Under the pieces are notes generated by a model that saw nothing but the letters and a program-made list of their open reading frames with translations, searched no databases and was not told the origin of the DNA. The position numbers and the translations under genes were made by a program. A stretch of DNA of 64,000 bases from a plasmid. Shown here in pieces: positions 44,803 to 57,504 of the stretch (position 1 is the first letter of the stretch; each line of letters opens with the position of its first letter). Location: sequence record CP019900.1; one strand, given 5' to 3'.

Positions 44803-47338
44803 ACCAGGAACCACAACACTCTCCAGAGTGATCACCGAAATCCGCGAACGAGCAGCAAACCGTCTTTGGCAAAGATTACTGGCATTGCCCAATGATGAAC
44901 AGAAACGACAACTGGATGAATTACTGAGCTTTAGTGAAGGTCAGAGAGTATCCATGTTCGAGCAACTGAAAAAAGGTCCTGTGACAGTCAGTAGTCCTGC
45001 ATTTAACGATGCACTTGATCGTTATAACAAATTGCACCAACTGGGTTTTCAGCAACTTGATTTTACAGGCCTTCCACCGGCTCAGCTAAAAAGTCTTGCT
45101 CGCTATGCCAATGTAACCTCGGTAAAAAAGATAGTTCGTATCCCCATGAAGAAACGTACAGCGATACTTATTGCCTTTGTTAAATCATTGGAGGTCATTG
45201 CGCTGGATGAAGCCATCGATGTTTTGGATATGCTAATCACTAATATTGCGGGAGAGGCTAAAAAAGCAGGGCAAAAGAAGCGGTTGAGGACGTTGAAGGA
45301 TTTGGACCGCTCTTCGTTGATACTGGCAAAAGCCTGTGCACTCCTGCTGGATGAGGTAACTGATGATTCCCACCTCCGAAAATCAATTTTTTCCTGCATT
45401 TCCAAAGAAAGACTGGCTGAGTCGGTAAAAATGGTCAATGAGTTGGCCCGACCGGCAGACAATAATTTCCAAGATGAAATGATTGAACAATATGGGCGCG
45501 TTCGCCGTTTTCTACCCAGAGTTCTTCGGGAATTAACTTTTCTGGCCGCCCCGGCGGGAGAACATACTCTGGCAGCTTTTAACTATTTATCGTCGCTAGG
45601 CGCTTCAAGAAAGCACATCCTTGACGATGCTCCAAAAAATATTATTACCGGCCCCTGGAAGCGTTTGGTTTTTGACGAAGAAGGCCGAGTAAGACGGCCT
45701 GGCTATTCACTATGTCTACTTGAGCGGTTTCAGGATGCATTAAGGCGGCGGGATATTTATCTTGAGAATAGCGATCGTTGGGGAGATCCACGGTCAAAGC
45801 TATTACAAGGGACAGAATGGCAAGCTCAACGCGTCTCTGTCTGTCGAGCATTAGGCCACCCTGTCAATGCTCAGCAGGCAACAGAAAAGCTTGCTCAGCA
45901 GTTAGATTTTGCCTGGAAAGCGGTAGCTGATAGCTTTGATGATAATGCGTCAGTCCATATCGAATACGGGGGGAAACATCCTACGTTGACTATCAGCAGC
46001 CTAGAGAAACTGGATGAATCACCAAGTCTGATAGCTCTCAACAGACAAGTCAGAGGTCTTTTACCTTTGGTGGATCTGACTGAGCTCTTACTGGAAATCA
46101 ATGCCCATACAGGATTTGCCGAAGAATTTACTCATGTCAGCGAGTCTAATGCGCGAGCGAAAGATCTGCATATCAGCATTTGTGCTGTATTACTGGCAGA
46201 AGCCTGCAACATTGGCTTTGAACCATTAATTAAGCACAATATTCCATCATTAACCCGGCATCGTCTTAGTTGGGTGAAACAAAATTATTTTCGGTCAGAA
46301 ACCCTTATCAAAGCGAATGCTCGCCTGGTTGATTACCAGGCTACGCTCAGTCTCGCTCAGCGATGGGGTGGTGGAGAGGTCGCATCTGCTGATGGTATGC
46401 GTTTTGTTACGCCAGTAAAAACGATTAACGCCGGACCCAATAGAAAATACTTTGGCTCTGATCGTGGAATTACCTGGTACAACTTTATCTCCGATCAGTT
46501 TTCTGGTTTTCACGGCATTGTTGTCCCAGGTACGTTGAGAGACTCAATCTTTGTTCTGGAGGGTTTACTTGAACAGCAAACGGGGTTAAATCCACAGGAA
46601 ATTATGACTGATACAGCAGGTGCCAGTGATTTGATATTCGGTCTGTTCTGGTTGTTGGGATACCAGTTTTCCCCACGTCTGGCGGATGCCGGAGATGCCG
46701 TTTTCTGGCGAGTGGATAAAAATGCGAATTACGGCCCTCTCGATGAATTGGCCCGTGGTTGCATCAATCTAGCACTGATTGAGGCTAACTGGGACGATAT
46801 GATGCGGATTGCGGGTTCTCTTAAATTGGGAACTGTACAAGCATCAGAGCTAATCCGTAGTTTATTGAAGAGCACGCGCCCGTCTAGTTTGGCGCAGGCC
46901 ATCATTGAAGCTGGGCGAATAAATAAAACGCTATACCTGCTGAATTATATTGATGATGAAGATTATCGTCGCCGAATACTAACGCAACTAAACCGGGGTG
47001 AAGGGAGACACAGTGTGGCTCGCGCCATTTGCCATGGTCAACGTGGTGAAATCAGAAAACGCTATCGCGAAGGGCAAGAGGATCAACTTGGATCATTGGG
47101 ACTGGTAACAAATACTGTTGTTTTATGGAATACGCTGTATATGCAGGAAGCCCTTGGACATATTAATACAGATAGCCAGCCTACTGAAATTAACGAAGAA
47201 GATATATCCAGATTATCACCGCTGATGCACGGTCATATCAATATGTTAGGGCATTACTCATTCACCTTGTCTGAAAACGTGATGAATGGTGAATTAAGGC
47301 CTTTAAATCAACATGTTAATGAATATGTAGACTCTTAG
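44803..47338 (+). pseudogene. tnpA: second Tn3-family transposase gene, lacking about the first 160 codons; it ends in its own inverted repeat
   Basis: Begins at the equivalent of residue ~160 (ITEIRERAANRLWQRLLALPND...). Collinear with the upstream TnpA at roughly three quarters identity by eye. Abuts the right repeat of the ars transposon. Confidence 0.85.
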
Positions 47339-47371
47339 CGTAGGTTTTCGCCCCATTGGACCTCAAACCCC
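47334..47371 (-). repeat. Tn3-family 38-bp terminal inverted repeat (reverse complement of GGGGTTTGAGGTCCAATGGGGCGAAAACCTACGCTAAG)
   Basis: Contains the stop codon of the truncated tnpA. Related to the other inverted repeats in the window. Confidence 0.7.
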
Positions 47372-47626
47372 TAACGTAGTGGTCTCCAAGAACATTCAGG
47401 ACTGATCCCAGGCGTCGATGGTCAAGACCTGATCGGCAGGACAGGCGGCTACGCGGTCGGGAACTGGATGGTGTTCAGTCTCATGCCGACCCCATTCGAT
47501 TGATCGCGTCGCTTGCGGCACGCTGCGACGCAAGGAGGTTTGCGACCTGGTTTAGCAGCCGTGTCCGCTGCATGTCTGTTACCTATCTCCCCGACCGCTC
47601 ATTGGACCAACTCCAGAGATTGGGCT

Positions 47627-48001
47627 CTATCGCTCAGCCAATACGAAACCGGCATTGGCTGATGCCACAACCGAGACTAACACAAATGGCTCGGTACCTG
47701 TATTTCGCGCCCCGTGCACTTGGCCCGGTCTTGCCACGGCTATCTCACCTTCCCTGAGGGCACGAACAATCCCATTGCCCTGAAAGTAATCAGCCATTCC
47801 CGACAAAACAGTCCACGTGTCTTGGCCGTGAGGATGAATGTGAGCCGCAATTTCCTGCCCGGGATGGACATGCCAAACCACGATAATTGAGTCTCGGGTT
47901 TCAAGCACAACGGAACGAATAGGCTCGCCTTCGGACGGCTGAACATACTCGGCTACAGAAAATATTCTCGATTCAACAGTCATCGGAGATCCCTCTTTCA
48001 C
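47627..48001 (-). CDS. cupin-domain protein
   Basis: Two-His cupin motifs (VWHVHPGQEIAAHIHPHGQDTWTVLSG...ARPGQVHGARNTG). The start may be the internal Met (MTVESR). Confidence 0.6.
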   Translation of the reverse strand: MKEGSPMTVESRIFSVAEYVQPSEGEPIRSVVLETRDSIIVVWHVHPGQEIAAHIHPHGQDTWTVLSGMADYFQGNGIVRALREGEIAVARPGQVHGARNTGTEPFVLVSVVASANAGFVLAER

Positions 48002-48290
48002 AGTGCCCCCAGACAGGCTGGATATGAGTTCTAACTCGAATTTGAACGGGAGGCTGGTCGTGCGGTCGTGCAGTTGCCGATGAGCGTGTCGGCTGCTGCC
48101 TCCTTGCCCACCAGCGAACCAGACGGTCGCATGCGCATCCTTTCTTATCGAAACTCGTTGAGATGATATGCAATCAAGAATAGAATTTCAAGAACTATTT
48201 TCGAGAATCGCAATGCCTTGATTCCCGTGCCGCGCCGGTTGCCTTGGCGGGCTTGTCACAAACCTACGTTTTCAAGAAGAAGGAAACCGC

Positions 48291-48911
48291 ATGCCCCGCC
48301 GTTCGATCCTCTCCGCCGCCGAGCGCGAAAGCCTGCTGGCGTTGCCGGACACCAAGGATGAGTTGATCCGTCACTACACGTTCAGCGAAAGCGACCTCTC
48401 CATCATCCGGCAGCGGCGCGGCCCGGCCAATCGGCTGGGCTTCGCGGTGCAGCTCTGCTACCTGCGCTTTCCCGGCGTCATCCTTGGCGCTGATGAGCCA
48501 CCGTTCCCGCCATTGCTGAGACTGGTCGCCAACCAGCTCAAGGTCGGCATCGAAAGCTGGGACGAGTACGGGCAGCGTGAGCAGACCCGACGCGAGCACC
48601 TGGTCGAGCTGCAAACGGTGTTCGGCTTCCAGCCGTTCACGATTGGCCACTACCGGCAGGCTGTCCAGTTGCTGACCGAGCTGGCCATGCAAACCGACAA
48701 GGGCATCGTGCTGGCCAGAGCCTTGATCGAGCACCTGCGGCGGCAGTCGGTCATTGTGCCCGCCCTCAACGCCGTCGAGCGGGCGAGCGCCGAAGCGATT
48801 ACCCGCGCCAACCGGCGTCTCTACGACGCCTTGGCTGAGCCGCTGACGGACGTGCATCGCCGTCGCCTCGACGATCTGCTCAAGCGCCGCGACAACGGCA
48901 AGACGACGTGG
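48291..48911 (+). pseudogene. tnpA: Tn21-subfamily transposase, N-terminal ~207 codons, truncated by IS26
   Basis: MPRRSILSAAERESLLALPDTKDELIRHYTFSESDLSIIRQRRGPANRLGFAVQLCYLRFPGVILG...LLKRRDNGKTTW matches the recalled Tn21 TnpA N-terminus. The similarity stops exactly at the IS26 repeat (48912). Confidence 0.85.
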
Positions 48912-49732
48912 CGGCACTGTTGCAAAGTTAGCGATGAGGCAGCCTTTTGTCTTATTCAAAGGCCTTACATTTCAAAAACTCTGCTTACCAGGCGCATTTC
49001 GCCCAGGGGATCACCATAATAAAATGCTGAGGCCTGGCCTTTGCGTAGTGCACGCATCACCTCAATACCTTTGATGGTGGCGTAAGCCGTCTTCATGGAT
49101 TTAAATCCCAGCGTGGCGTCGATTATCCGTTTCAGTTTGCCATGATCGCATTCAATCACGTTGTTCCGGTACTTAATCTGTCGGTGTTCAACGTCAGACG
49201 GGCACCGGCCTTCGCGTTTGAGCAGAGCAAGCGCGCGACCATAGGCGGGCGCTTTATCCGTGTTGATGAATCGCGGGATCTGCCACTTCTTCACGTTGTT
49301 GAGGATTTTACCCAGAAACCGGTATGCAGCTTTGCTGTTACGACGGGAGGAGAGATAAAAATCGACAGTGCGGCCCCGGCTGTCGACGGCCCGGTACAGA
49401 TACGCCCAGCGGCCATTGACCTTCACGTAGGTTTCATCCATGTGCCACGGGCAAAGATCGGAAGGGTTACGCCAGTACCAGCGCAGCCGTTTTTCCATTT
49501 CAGGCGCATAACGCTGAACCCAGCGGTAAATCGTGGAGTGATCGACATTCACTCCGCGTTCAGCCAGCATCTCCTGCAGCTCACGGTAACTGATGCCGTA
49601 TTTGCAGTACCAGCGTACGGCCCACAGAATGATGTCACGCTGAAAATGCCGGCCTTTGAATGGGTTCATGTGCAGCTCCATCAGCAAAAGGGGATGATAA
49701 GTTTATCACCACCGACTATTTGCAACAGTGCC
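48912..49732 (-). mobile_element. IS26 (IS6 family) variant copy, 821 bp; no 8-bp target duplication
   Basis: 14-bp inverted repeats GGCACTGTTGCAAA at both ends. One extra C/G in the 3' non-coding part relative to the other two copies (AAAGGGCC versus AAAGGCC). Flanks GACGTGGC / CCTATTTA. Confidence 0.95.
48965..49687 (-). CDS. tnp26: IS26 transposase, variant with Asp instead of Gly in KRIIGATLGF (KRIIDATLGF)
   Basis: Otherwise identical to the two other 240-aa Tnp26 copies in the window. Confidence 0.95.
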   Translation of the reverse strand: MLMELHMNPFKGRHFQRDIILWAVRWYCKYGISYRELQEMLAERGVNVDHSTIYRWVQRYAPEMEKRLRWYWRNPSDLCPWHMDETYVKVNGRWAYLYRAVDSRGRTVDFYLSSRRNSKAAYRFLGKILNNVKKWQIPRFINTDKAPAYGRALALLKREGRCPSDVEHRQIKYRNNVIECDHGKLKRIIDATLGFKSMKTAYATIKGIEVMRALRKGQASAFYYGDPLGEMRLVSRVFEM

Positions 49733-50130
49733 CTATTTATCGCTACACCACAAAATCATGAATGACCGCAGCATGGCGGTTTTATTTTCTTATGCCGTCA
49801 GGGCATGGAAGGCGACCACGCCGGAGTTAAACGGGCACCGGCCGCAAATCGCCGGAAACCGCAATGCTGAACGTATCGCCCGACCCAGCCCCCTCCCTGC
49901 AAAGCCCTAATCCCGCTCACCGCCACACAGCTGCCGTACGTCCCCCACGGGGGTGCGCAGTGGGCGCCGCGCGCCTGCGCGCGGGAACGGCGGCCCGCCT
50001 TCGGGTCGCGGCGCCGTACTGCGCGTTAGCGGCCGCACGCGGCCGGTTACGGGGGACACTACGCCATACGACAAGCGACCCGCTGAGCTGCACAATCCAC
50101 GGATAACACAAGCTACATACATGTCGATAT

Positions 50131-50636
50131 GGGAATCCGCCCATCTTGCCGGGCGCCGCTGTCGTGTGGGAATCGGCCCACCTTGCCGGGCGCCGCTGCC
50201 GTGTGGAAATCCGCCCATCTTGCCGGGCGCCGCTGCCGTGTGGGAATCCGCCCATCTTGCCGGGCGCCGCTGCCGTGTGGGAATCGGCCCACCTTGCCGG
50301 GCGCCGCTGCCGTGTGGGAATCGGCCCACCTTGCCGGGCGCCGGTGCTGTGTGGAAATCCGCCCATCTTGCCGGGCGCCGCTGCCGTGTGGGAATCGGCC
50401 CACCTTGCCGGGCGCCGGTGCTGTGTGGAAATCCGCCCACCTTGCCGGGCGCTGCTGTCGTGTGGGAATCGGCCCACCTTGCCGCGCGCCGGTGCTGTGT
50501 GGGAATCGGCCCTCCTTGCCGGGCGCCGCTGCCGTGTGGGAATAGGCCCACCTTGCCGGGCGCCGCTGCCGTGTGGAAATCCGCCCACCTTGCCGGGCGC
50601 TGCTGTCGTGTGGGAATCGGCCCACCTTGCCGGGTG
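50131..50636 (+). repeat. tandem array 1: ~13.5 copies of a 37-bp GC-rich unit GGGAATC(C/G)GCCCA(C/T)CTTGCCGGGCGCCG(C/G)TGC(C/T)GTGT
   Basis: Head-to-tail repeats, directly visible. 37 is not a multiple of 3 and all six frames are open, so the predicted ORFs across it are artefacts. Confidence 0.95.
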
Positions 50637-50946
50637 CGTAATTGCATCGGACTTGACTACCCATTTGCATTTTACTTGGTGACCGTTTGCAGATTACTTG
50701 ACCATCACCAACTAAATCTGTCCCATTAGATTTAGTTGGCGTAAGGCCTTACATCTTAACGGCTGCTGTGTGCCAGAAGCGGACGTTATAGGAAGCAATC
50801 TTTTGCCGGATTCGGTAAAACCCCAATTTTTCCGAACCGCACTCGTCCCCGCGCCGTTGTGGCGCTGATAACTACATGTAGTGGTTTTCTCAGATGCTGC
50901 CGATACTACATACAGCGGGTGCGGGGGAACCCGCAGGCCAACACTA

Positions 50947-52099
50947 AATAGCTGCGCGGAATAGTAGATCACTGAAAGGGAACTCAGCCCGGATTGCGCG
51001 ATCTGATCATTCGCCAAACCAACCAAAACCACCAACCGGACTGAGCGATGCCGATCATAGCACCAATACCCCGTGGCGAACGACGCCTGATGCAGAAAGC
51101 TATTCATAAAACGCGCGATAAAAATCATGCCCGCAGACTCACGGCCATGCTGATGCTTCATCGGGGTGAACGGGTCAGCGATGTTGCCAGAACTCTCTGT
51201 TGTGCCCGTTCATCCGTTGGTCGCTGGATTAACTGGTTTACGCACTCAGGTATTGAAGGCCTGAAATCCTTACCCGCAGGGCGCTCCCGACGCTGGCCTT
51301 TTGAACATATCTGCACCCTGTTACGTGAGCTGATAAAGCATTCTCCCGGCGATTTTGGTTATCAACGTTCACGCTGGAGCACCGAATTACTGGCAATAAA
51401 AATCAATGAGATAACCGGTTGCCAGTTACATGCAGGAACCGTTCGCCGCTGGTTGCCATCTGCGGGGCTTGTATGGCGCAGGGCCGCGCCAACTCTGCGC
51501 ATCCGTGACCCACATAAAGATGAAAAGATGGCGGTAATCCACAAAGCGCTGGATGAATGCAACGCAGAGCATCCGGTATTTTATGAAGATGAAGTGGATA
51601 TTCACCTTAATCCTAAAATCGGTGCGGACTGGCAGTTGCGCGGACAGCAGAAACGGGTAGTGACGCCGGGGCAGAACGAAAAATACTATCTGGCCGGCGC
51701 ACTGCACAGTGGCACGGGTAAAGTCAGCTACGTGGGCGGCAACAGCAAAAGTTCAGCGCTGTTTATCGCTCTGCTGAAGCACCTGAAAGCCACTTACCGG
51801 CGGGCGAAAACAATCACGCTGATCGTTGATAACTACATTATCCATAAAAGCCGCGAAACACAGCGCTGGTTGAAAGCAAATCCCAAGTTCAGGGTAATTT
51901 ACCAGCCGGTTTACTCGCCGTGGGTGAATCATGTGGAACGGCTATGGCAGGCACTTCATGACACGATAACCCGTAATCATCAGTGCCGCTCAATGTGGCA
52001 GTTACTGAAAAAGGTCCGCCATTTTATGGAAACCGCCAGCCCATTCCCCGGAGGAAAACATGGTCAGGCAAAAGTGTAGCGGTATTAGGCGCAGCTATT
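50947..52099 (+). mobile_element. IS630 (1153 bp) inserted at a TA in cynX
   Basis: Terminal repeats TAAATAGCTGCGC... at both ends and a TA dinucleotide on each side. The transposase is near-identical to recalled IS630 Tnp. Confidence 0.85.
51048..52079 (+). CDS. IS630-family transposase
   Basis: MPIIAPIPRGERRLMQKAIHKTRDKNHARRLTAMLMLHRGERVSDVARTLCCARSSVGRWINWF..., 343 aa. Confidence 0.9.
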   Translation: MPIIAPIPRGERRLMQKAIHKTRDKNHARRLTAMLMLHRGERVSDVARTLCCARSSVGRWINWFTHSGIEGLKSLPAGRSRRWPFEHICTLLRELIKHSPGDFGYQRSRWSTELLAIKINEITGCQLHAGTVRRWLPSAGLVWRRAAPTLRIRDPHKDEKMAVIHKALDECNAEHPVFYEDEVDIHLNPKIGADWQLRGQQKRVVTPGQNEKYYLAGALHSGTGKVSYVGGNSKSSALFIALLKHLKATYRRAKTITLIVDNYIIHKSRETQRWLKANPKFRVIYQPVYSPWVNHVERLWQALHDTITRNHQCRSMWQLLKKVRHFMETASPFPGGKHGQAKV

Positions 52100-52406
52100 T
52101 AGTCAGCAGCACCACGCTGTGAGGCGCCAGCTCACGCATTAGCGCCCCAATAATGATCATCAACAGACCGACCGCCACGCTATCACGCTCGCGAATATGA
52201 CGAGTGATCCAGCCTCCCGCCAGCGCCAGTCCGCCCATCGCGACCATCGGTAATGCGGTAAGAAGAGAAGCCACAGTAAAACTCATGCCGCTGGCCGCAC
52301 GTAATTGCGGGAGTAAAGGCCCGATTGACGTGAGTAGCGGACGCATATTCAGGCCAATCAGCACCAACACAAGGAGCATCAGACCCGTACGAGGAGATTG
52401 ATTCAT
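52095..52406 (-). pseudogene. cynX: cyanate MFS transporter, first ~100 codons only; truncated by IS630
   Basis: MNQSPRTGLMLLVLVLIGLNMRPLLTSIGPLLPQLRAASGMSF... matches the CynX N-terminus. It ends at the IS630 boundary. Confidence 0.85.
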
Positions 52407-52454
52407 ATTGTTCTTTGAGCCCGGCGCGGATAACGCGCCAGGCTTTACTCGGGT

Positions 52455-52925
52455 TTAGAAAGGTTTTGTCGGCAGATATTTGCCATCAAGCGTAATCACC
52501 GCGCGTTCACCGCCTTCCGGGTCAGCCACTTTTTTGACATCCAGCTTGAAGTTAATGGCGCTGATAATGCCGTCGCCAAATTTCTCATGCACCAGCACCT
52601 TCAGCGTAGAGCCATACACCTGCAGGATTTCATAGAAGCGATAAATGGTCGGGTCAGTGGGTACGCGATCGTCAATACTGCCGCGCAGTGGGATCATTTG
52701 CAGAAGCAGCACCGCATCTTCATCCAGTGAGAGCTTTTCACCAACCAGACGCGCCGCATCAGCCGGCAGTGCATGCTGCCCCAGCAAGGCCGCGGTAACA
52801 AAAGCTTCAGATAAGCCCGTACCATCGGTGAGTTGCGCAAAGGTCAGATCTTTTTTCGCTTTGATAAGCAGAATCTGGTCAGCCAAAGAGAGGCGAATAT
52901 CGCGGTTAATTTGTGCGTGGATCAT
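52455..52925 (-). CDS. cynS: cyanase (cyanate hydratase)
   Basis: 156 aa, near-collinear with E. coli CynS (…[40 protein letters not shown]). Confidence 0.95.
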   Translation of the reverse strand: MIHAQINRDIRLSLADQILLIKAKKDLTFAQLTDGTGLSEAFVTAALLGQHALPADAARLVGEKLSLDEDAVLLLQMIPLRGSIDDRVPTDPTIYRFYEILQVYGSTLKVLVHEKFGDGIISAINFKLDVKKVADPEGGERAVITLDGKYLPTKPF

Positions 52926-52954
52926 AATGGAACCTCCTGTATAGAGAGAAAAAA

Positions 52955-53614
52955 TTAAGCTGCGGTGAGGCTGCGAAGCGGCATCGCGCAGGTATTTGGA
53001 TTTTCGGCAAGCGAGACAAACTGCCCGCTGGCACCGTTGTAGGCGGCAATATCGCCACGTTCGATGTCGTAAACCCAGCCGTGTAATGCCATCCGCCCCT
53101 CTTCCAGCGCCAGGCGTACTGACGGGTGGGTCTGAATATTGGCCAGCTGTGCGATAACGTTTTCACGCACCATTGATGCGGTTTTCGCCTGCAATGAAAT
53201 ATGCGTGCGTGATTCATTCACCACGCGGGCTGAATCGGCATAGCGCAGCCAGTGGCTGACGGCGGGCATACTGTCCAGGCAATGGCATCCGGCGATGGCC
53301 GTCATGGCGCCACAGTCAGAGTGACCACATATAACAATGTCATTTACTTTCAAAACCGACACGGCGTACTCCACCGATGCGGTAACGCCTCCCGGTTCCG
53401 GGCCATAAGAAGGAACAATGTTGCCCGCATTACGGATGACAAACAGATCGCCAGGCTCACGCTGCGTCACCAGCTCCGGCACCAGGCGGCTATCTGAACA
53501 CGATATAAAAAGCGCGCGTGGGTTTTGCTGGTTTGCCAGCGATCTGAAAAGCTCGGCGCGTTCGGGAAAGACGCTGCGCTGAAATTTCAAAAAGCCATCA
53601 ATAATCTCTTTCAC
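52955..53614 (-). CDS. cynT: beta-class carbonic anhydrase
   Basis: [10 protein letters not shown]...[11 protein letters not shown] motifs, 219 aa, upstream of cynS. Confidence 0.93.
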   Translation of the reverse strand: MKEIIDGFLKFQRSVFPERAELFRSLANQQNPRALFISCSDSRLVPELVTQREPGDLFVIRNAGNIVPSYGPEPGGVTASVEYAVSVLKVNDIVICGHSDCGAMTAIAGCHCLDSMPAVSHWLRYADSARVVNESRTHISLQAKTASMVRENVIAQLANIQTHPSVRLALEEGRMALHGWVYDIERGDIAAYNGASGQFVSLAENPNTCAMPLRSLTAA

Positions 53615-53723
53615 GATTGTTCCTCTGTCTCACTATGGAATGGACACAGGCTACTCGCTACGTTCCATAAGATAAAAGACTCATTTATAATCAAGTCTAT
53701 TGGTAAAACTTATGGGAAAGATG

Positions 53724-54611
53724 ATGCTGTTACGACATATTCACTACTTTCTGGCAGTCGCTGAGCATCGAGGCTTTACCCGTGCCGCCACGGCGCTTCA
53801 CGTTTCGCAGCCCGCGCTTTCTCAGCAAATCAGACAGCTTGAAGAGTCACTTGGCGCGCAACTGTTCGATCGCAGTGGTCGCCATATTCAGCTCACCGAT
53901 GCTGGCGAAGCCTGGTTGGGTTACGCGAAAAATGCGCTGAGATCGCTGGAAGAGGGAAAGCGGGCAATTCATGATGTCGAGGATTTGAGCCGTGGCTCAC
54001 TGCGTGTCGCCGTTACCCCCACGTTTACCTCGTGGCTTATCGGGCCGCTAATGGCGAGGTTTTATGCGCGCTATCCCAATATCACCCTTGCGTTACAGGA
54101 GATGTCGCAGGAAAAGATGGAAGAGCTGCTGCTCAACGATGAACTGGACATCGGCATCGCATTTGATGATGTTCATTCGGCAGACATCGACGTACTGCCG
54201 CTACTGAAGGAATCCCTTGCGTTGATGGTGTCTGAAAGCCATCCTCTGGCGCAACAGGAGTGCGTAGCCTTGTCACATCTTAATAATGAACGACTCATTT
54301 TACTGAGTGAGGAATTTGCGACGCGCGAACAAATTGATCGCTATTGCCGCCAAAGAGATCTGCATCCGCAGATAGTAATAGAAGCAAACTCTATCAATGC
54401 CATTCTGGAACTGGTGCGTCGTACAACGCTCGCCACCCTGCTTCCATCGCCAATCGCCGCGCAAAATGAGGGATTAAAAGCCGTTTCACTGACGCCGCAG
54501 TTGCTGGAACGAACCGCCGCGCTGATGCTACGCAAAGGCGCGTGGAGAACGGCCGCCGTGAAGGCATTTACGGCAATGGCGCAGGAAGTGACGAAAACGT
54601 ACACCCGGTAA
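53724..54611 (+). CDS. cynR: LysR-type regulator of the cyn operon
   Basis: [44 protein letters not shown]... near-collinear with E. coli CynR. Divergent from cynT. Alternative upstream start at 53700. Confidence 0.93.
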   Translation: MLLRHIHYFLAVAEHRGFTRAATALHVSQPALSQQIRQLEESLGAQLFDRSGRHIQLTDAGEAWLGYAKNALRSLEEGKRAIHDVEDLSRGSLRVAVTPTFTSWLIGPLMARFYARYPNITLALQEMSQEKMEELLLNDELDIGIAFDDVHSADIDVLPLLKESLALMVSESHPLAQQECVALSHLNNERLILLSEEFATREQIDRYCRQRDLHPQIVIEANSINAILELVRRTTLATLLPSPIAAQNEGLKAVSLTPQLLERTAALMLRKGAWRTAAVKAFTAMAQEVTKTYTR

Positions 54612-54670
54612 CATTGAATTTCGCACGCCAGCAGGCGATAGTGCTTTTTTGACTGAGACAGAAGACGAGT

Positions 54671-55288
54671 ATGACATCAACCGCACTCTCATCGACACTC
54701 AAAGGCGGCGCGCTGATCCTGTTGCTTGCCCTGATTTACACCGGCCTCTTTACCGCTGACCGCACGACCTGGCTCATGGAGGTCACCCCGGTCATTATCA
54801 TTGTGCCGCTGCTATTGTCCACGCATCGTCGCTACCCGCTGACGCCCCTCCTTTACACGCTTATCTTTTTCCACGCGCTTATTCTGATCGGCGGCGGCAT
54901 GTACACCTACGCCAAAGTGCCCATCGGCTTCGACGTGCAGGAGATGTTTAACCTGAGCCGCAATCCTTACGACAAACTGGGCCACTTTTTCCAGGGGCTG
55001 GTTCCGGCACTGGCGGCGCGAGAAATTTTACTGCGCAGCGGCTACGTGCGCGGGCGTAAAATGGTCGGTTTTCTGGTCTGCTGTATCGCTTTGGCCATCA
55101 GTGCAGCCTATGAATTGATCGAGTGGTGGGCGGCGCTGGCGATGGGCCAGGGCGCAGATGATTTCCTGGGGACTCAGGGCGATCCGTGGGATACGCAGTC
55201 GGACATGTTCTGCGCCTTGCTCGGGGCATTAACCACGGTATTGCTGCTTGGTCGTTACCATCAGCGCCAGCTAATGCGCTTACTGTAA
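54671..55288 (+). CDS. inner-membrane protein, YjdF/DUF2238-like
   Basis: 205 aa, 5-6 hydrophobic helices. Weak recall of the YjdF family. Confidence 0.45.
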   Translation: MTSTALSSTLKGGALILLLALIYTGLFTADRTTWLMEVTPVIIIVPLLLSTHRRYPLTPLLYTLIFFHALILIGGGMYTYAKVPIGFDVQEMFNLSRNPYDKLGHFFQGLVPALAAREILLRSGYVRGRKMVGFLVCCIALAISAAYELIEWWAALAMGQGADDFLGTQGDPWDTQSDMFCALLGALTTVLLLGRYHQRQLMRLL

Positions 55289-55425
55289 TTTCTCGAACCC
55301 GCCTGATTGGCGGGTTCTGCGTTATACAGCACACCGTTTATCAGGCAACAACCTTACAAATCAGGATGGTTCTTCTCAGGTCGCTCCAGCGCCAGATATC
55401 ATTTTGCAATTTATCCAGCTTATAG

Positions 55426-56620
<1,195 letters not shown>

Positions 56621-57504
56621 CTAAGCATAAAACTCCATCCCCCTGCGTTGCGTGTAAGAGTCTTGTCAGTTGATAGTACACAAGTCACTGGAGACTGACA
56701 TCTTTTACAATATGTTCAGGTAGGGTGATAACTAATGCACCTATCAGCCTAGGGAGTATCTATGTTCGGTAAAACGCCAAGTCTGCAAATTCTCACCTTA
56801 AAACTCTGCATTATTCGGTAAAACCCTAATTTTGCCGAAAAAAAGCCGCCCCGAAGGACGGCTATAAACCTTTCAGTTTTGCCCGTTCAGGCTTTCACCT
56901 TCACAGACTCCGGCACCATTAAAGGAACCAGTTGATCAACTGCAATACAGCCGCAATTAAGGTCAGAATAGCGATAATCAGCTCAATCATTCCCCGCACC
57001 TCCATCTCTGTGGCGCGTAGGTTACTAGGCAATCCCCTTTCCTCTAATCCGCCCATCCGGTTATGCCATTCACTTAACCAAAAGAAGAATTTCACCACGC
57101 TGCCGCCCAGGCTTCCGGGTGCGAAACCGGAAGAGGGCTATACCGTTGCCGTGTGCTTGCCCACGGTTCGGGTCCTGTTTAGTACCAAATTCGATTTTGA
57201 AGAGTCTGAACTGGCTCATCACACAGGCGGCTAAACGGGCTTTACCTCTTTGATCTGAGAGCATTATAAACGGTACAGTGGCTTATTTAATACAGGTTTG
57301 ATCATATGCCGCGTTAGACGTATAATTAACATGCCAAAAGAAGAATTTCACCTCGCTGTATGCCGGATGCCCGCGAAGCATCACAGGCTACAGAGCAGAT
57401 AACCCGCCTTGAGCGGGTTTTCTGCTTTATGAGGCCGCCGCCAAGCGGTTTTTTTACGCCTCGTCAGGGCATTCGGTAAAACACCTATTCTCCTGAATCC
57501 CACT

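Noticed and set aside
47500-47757. 85-aa plus-strand ORF overlapping the cupin gene
   Set aside because: It has no ribosome-binding site and no recognisable family, and it overlaps a better-supported opposite-strand gene.
49142-49765. 198-207 aa ORFs antisense to each IS26 transposase (also 59061..59657 and 62901..63497)
   Set aside because: This is the well-known open antisense frame of IS26 with no evidence of expression. It is identical in all copies simply because the IS is.
49907-50729. Long ORFs (up to 258 aa) on both strands across tandem array 1, rich in PARWADSHTAAAPGK-type repeats
   Set aside because: They are a mechanical consequence of a 37-bp repeat lacking stop codons in several frames. 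The unit is not a multiple of 3 and the protein sequences are low-complexity, so they are not genes.
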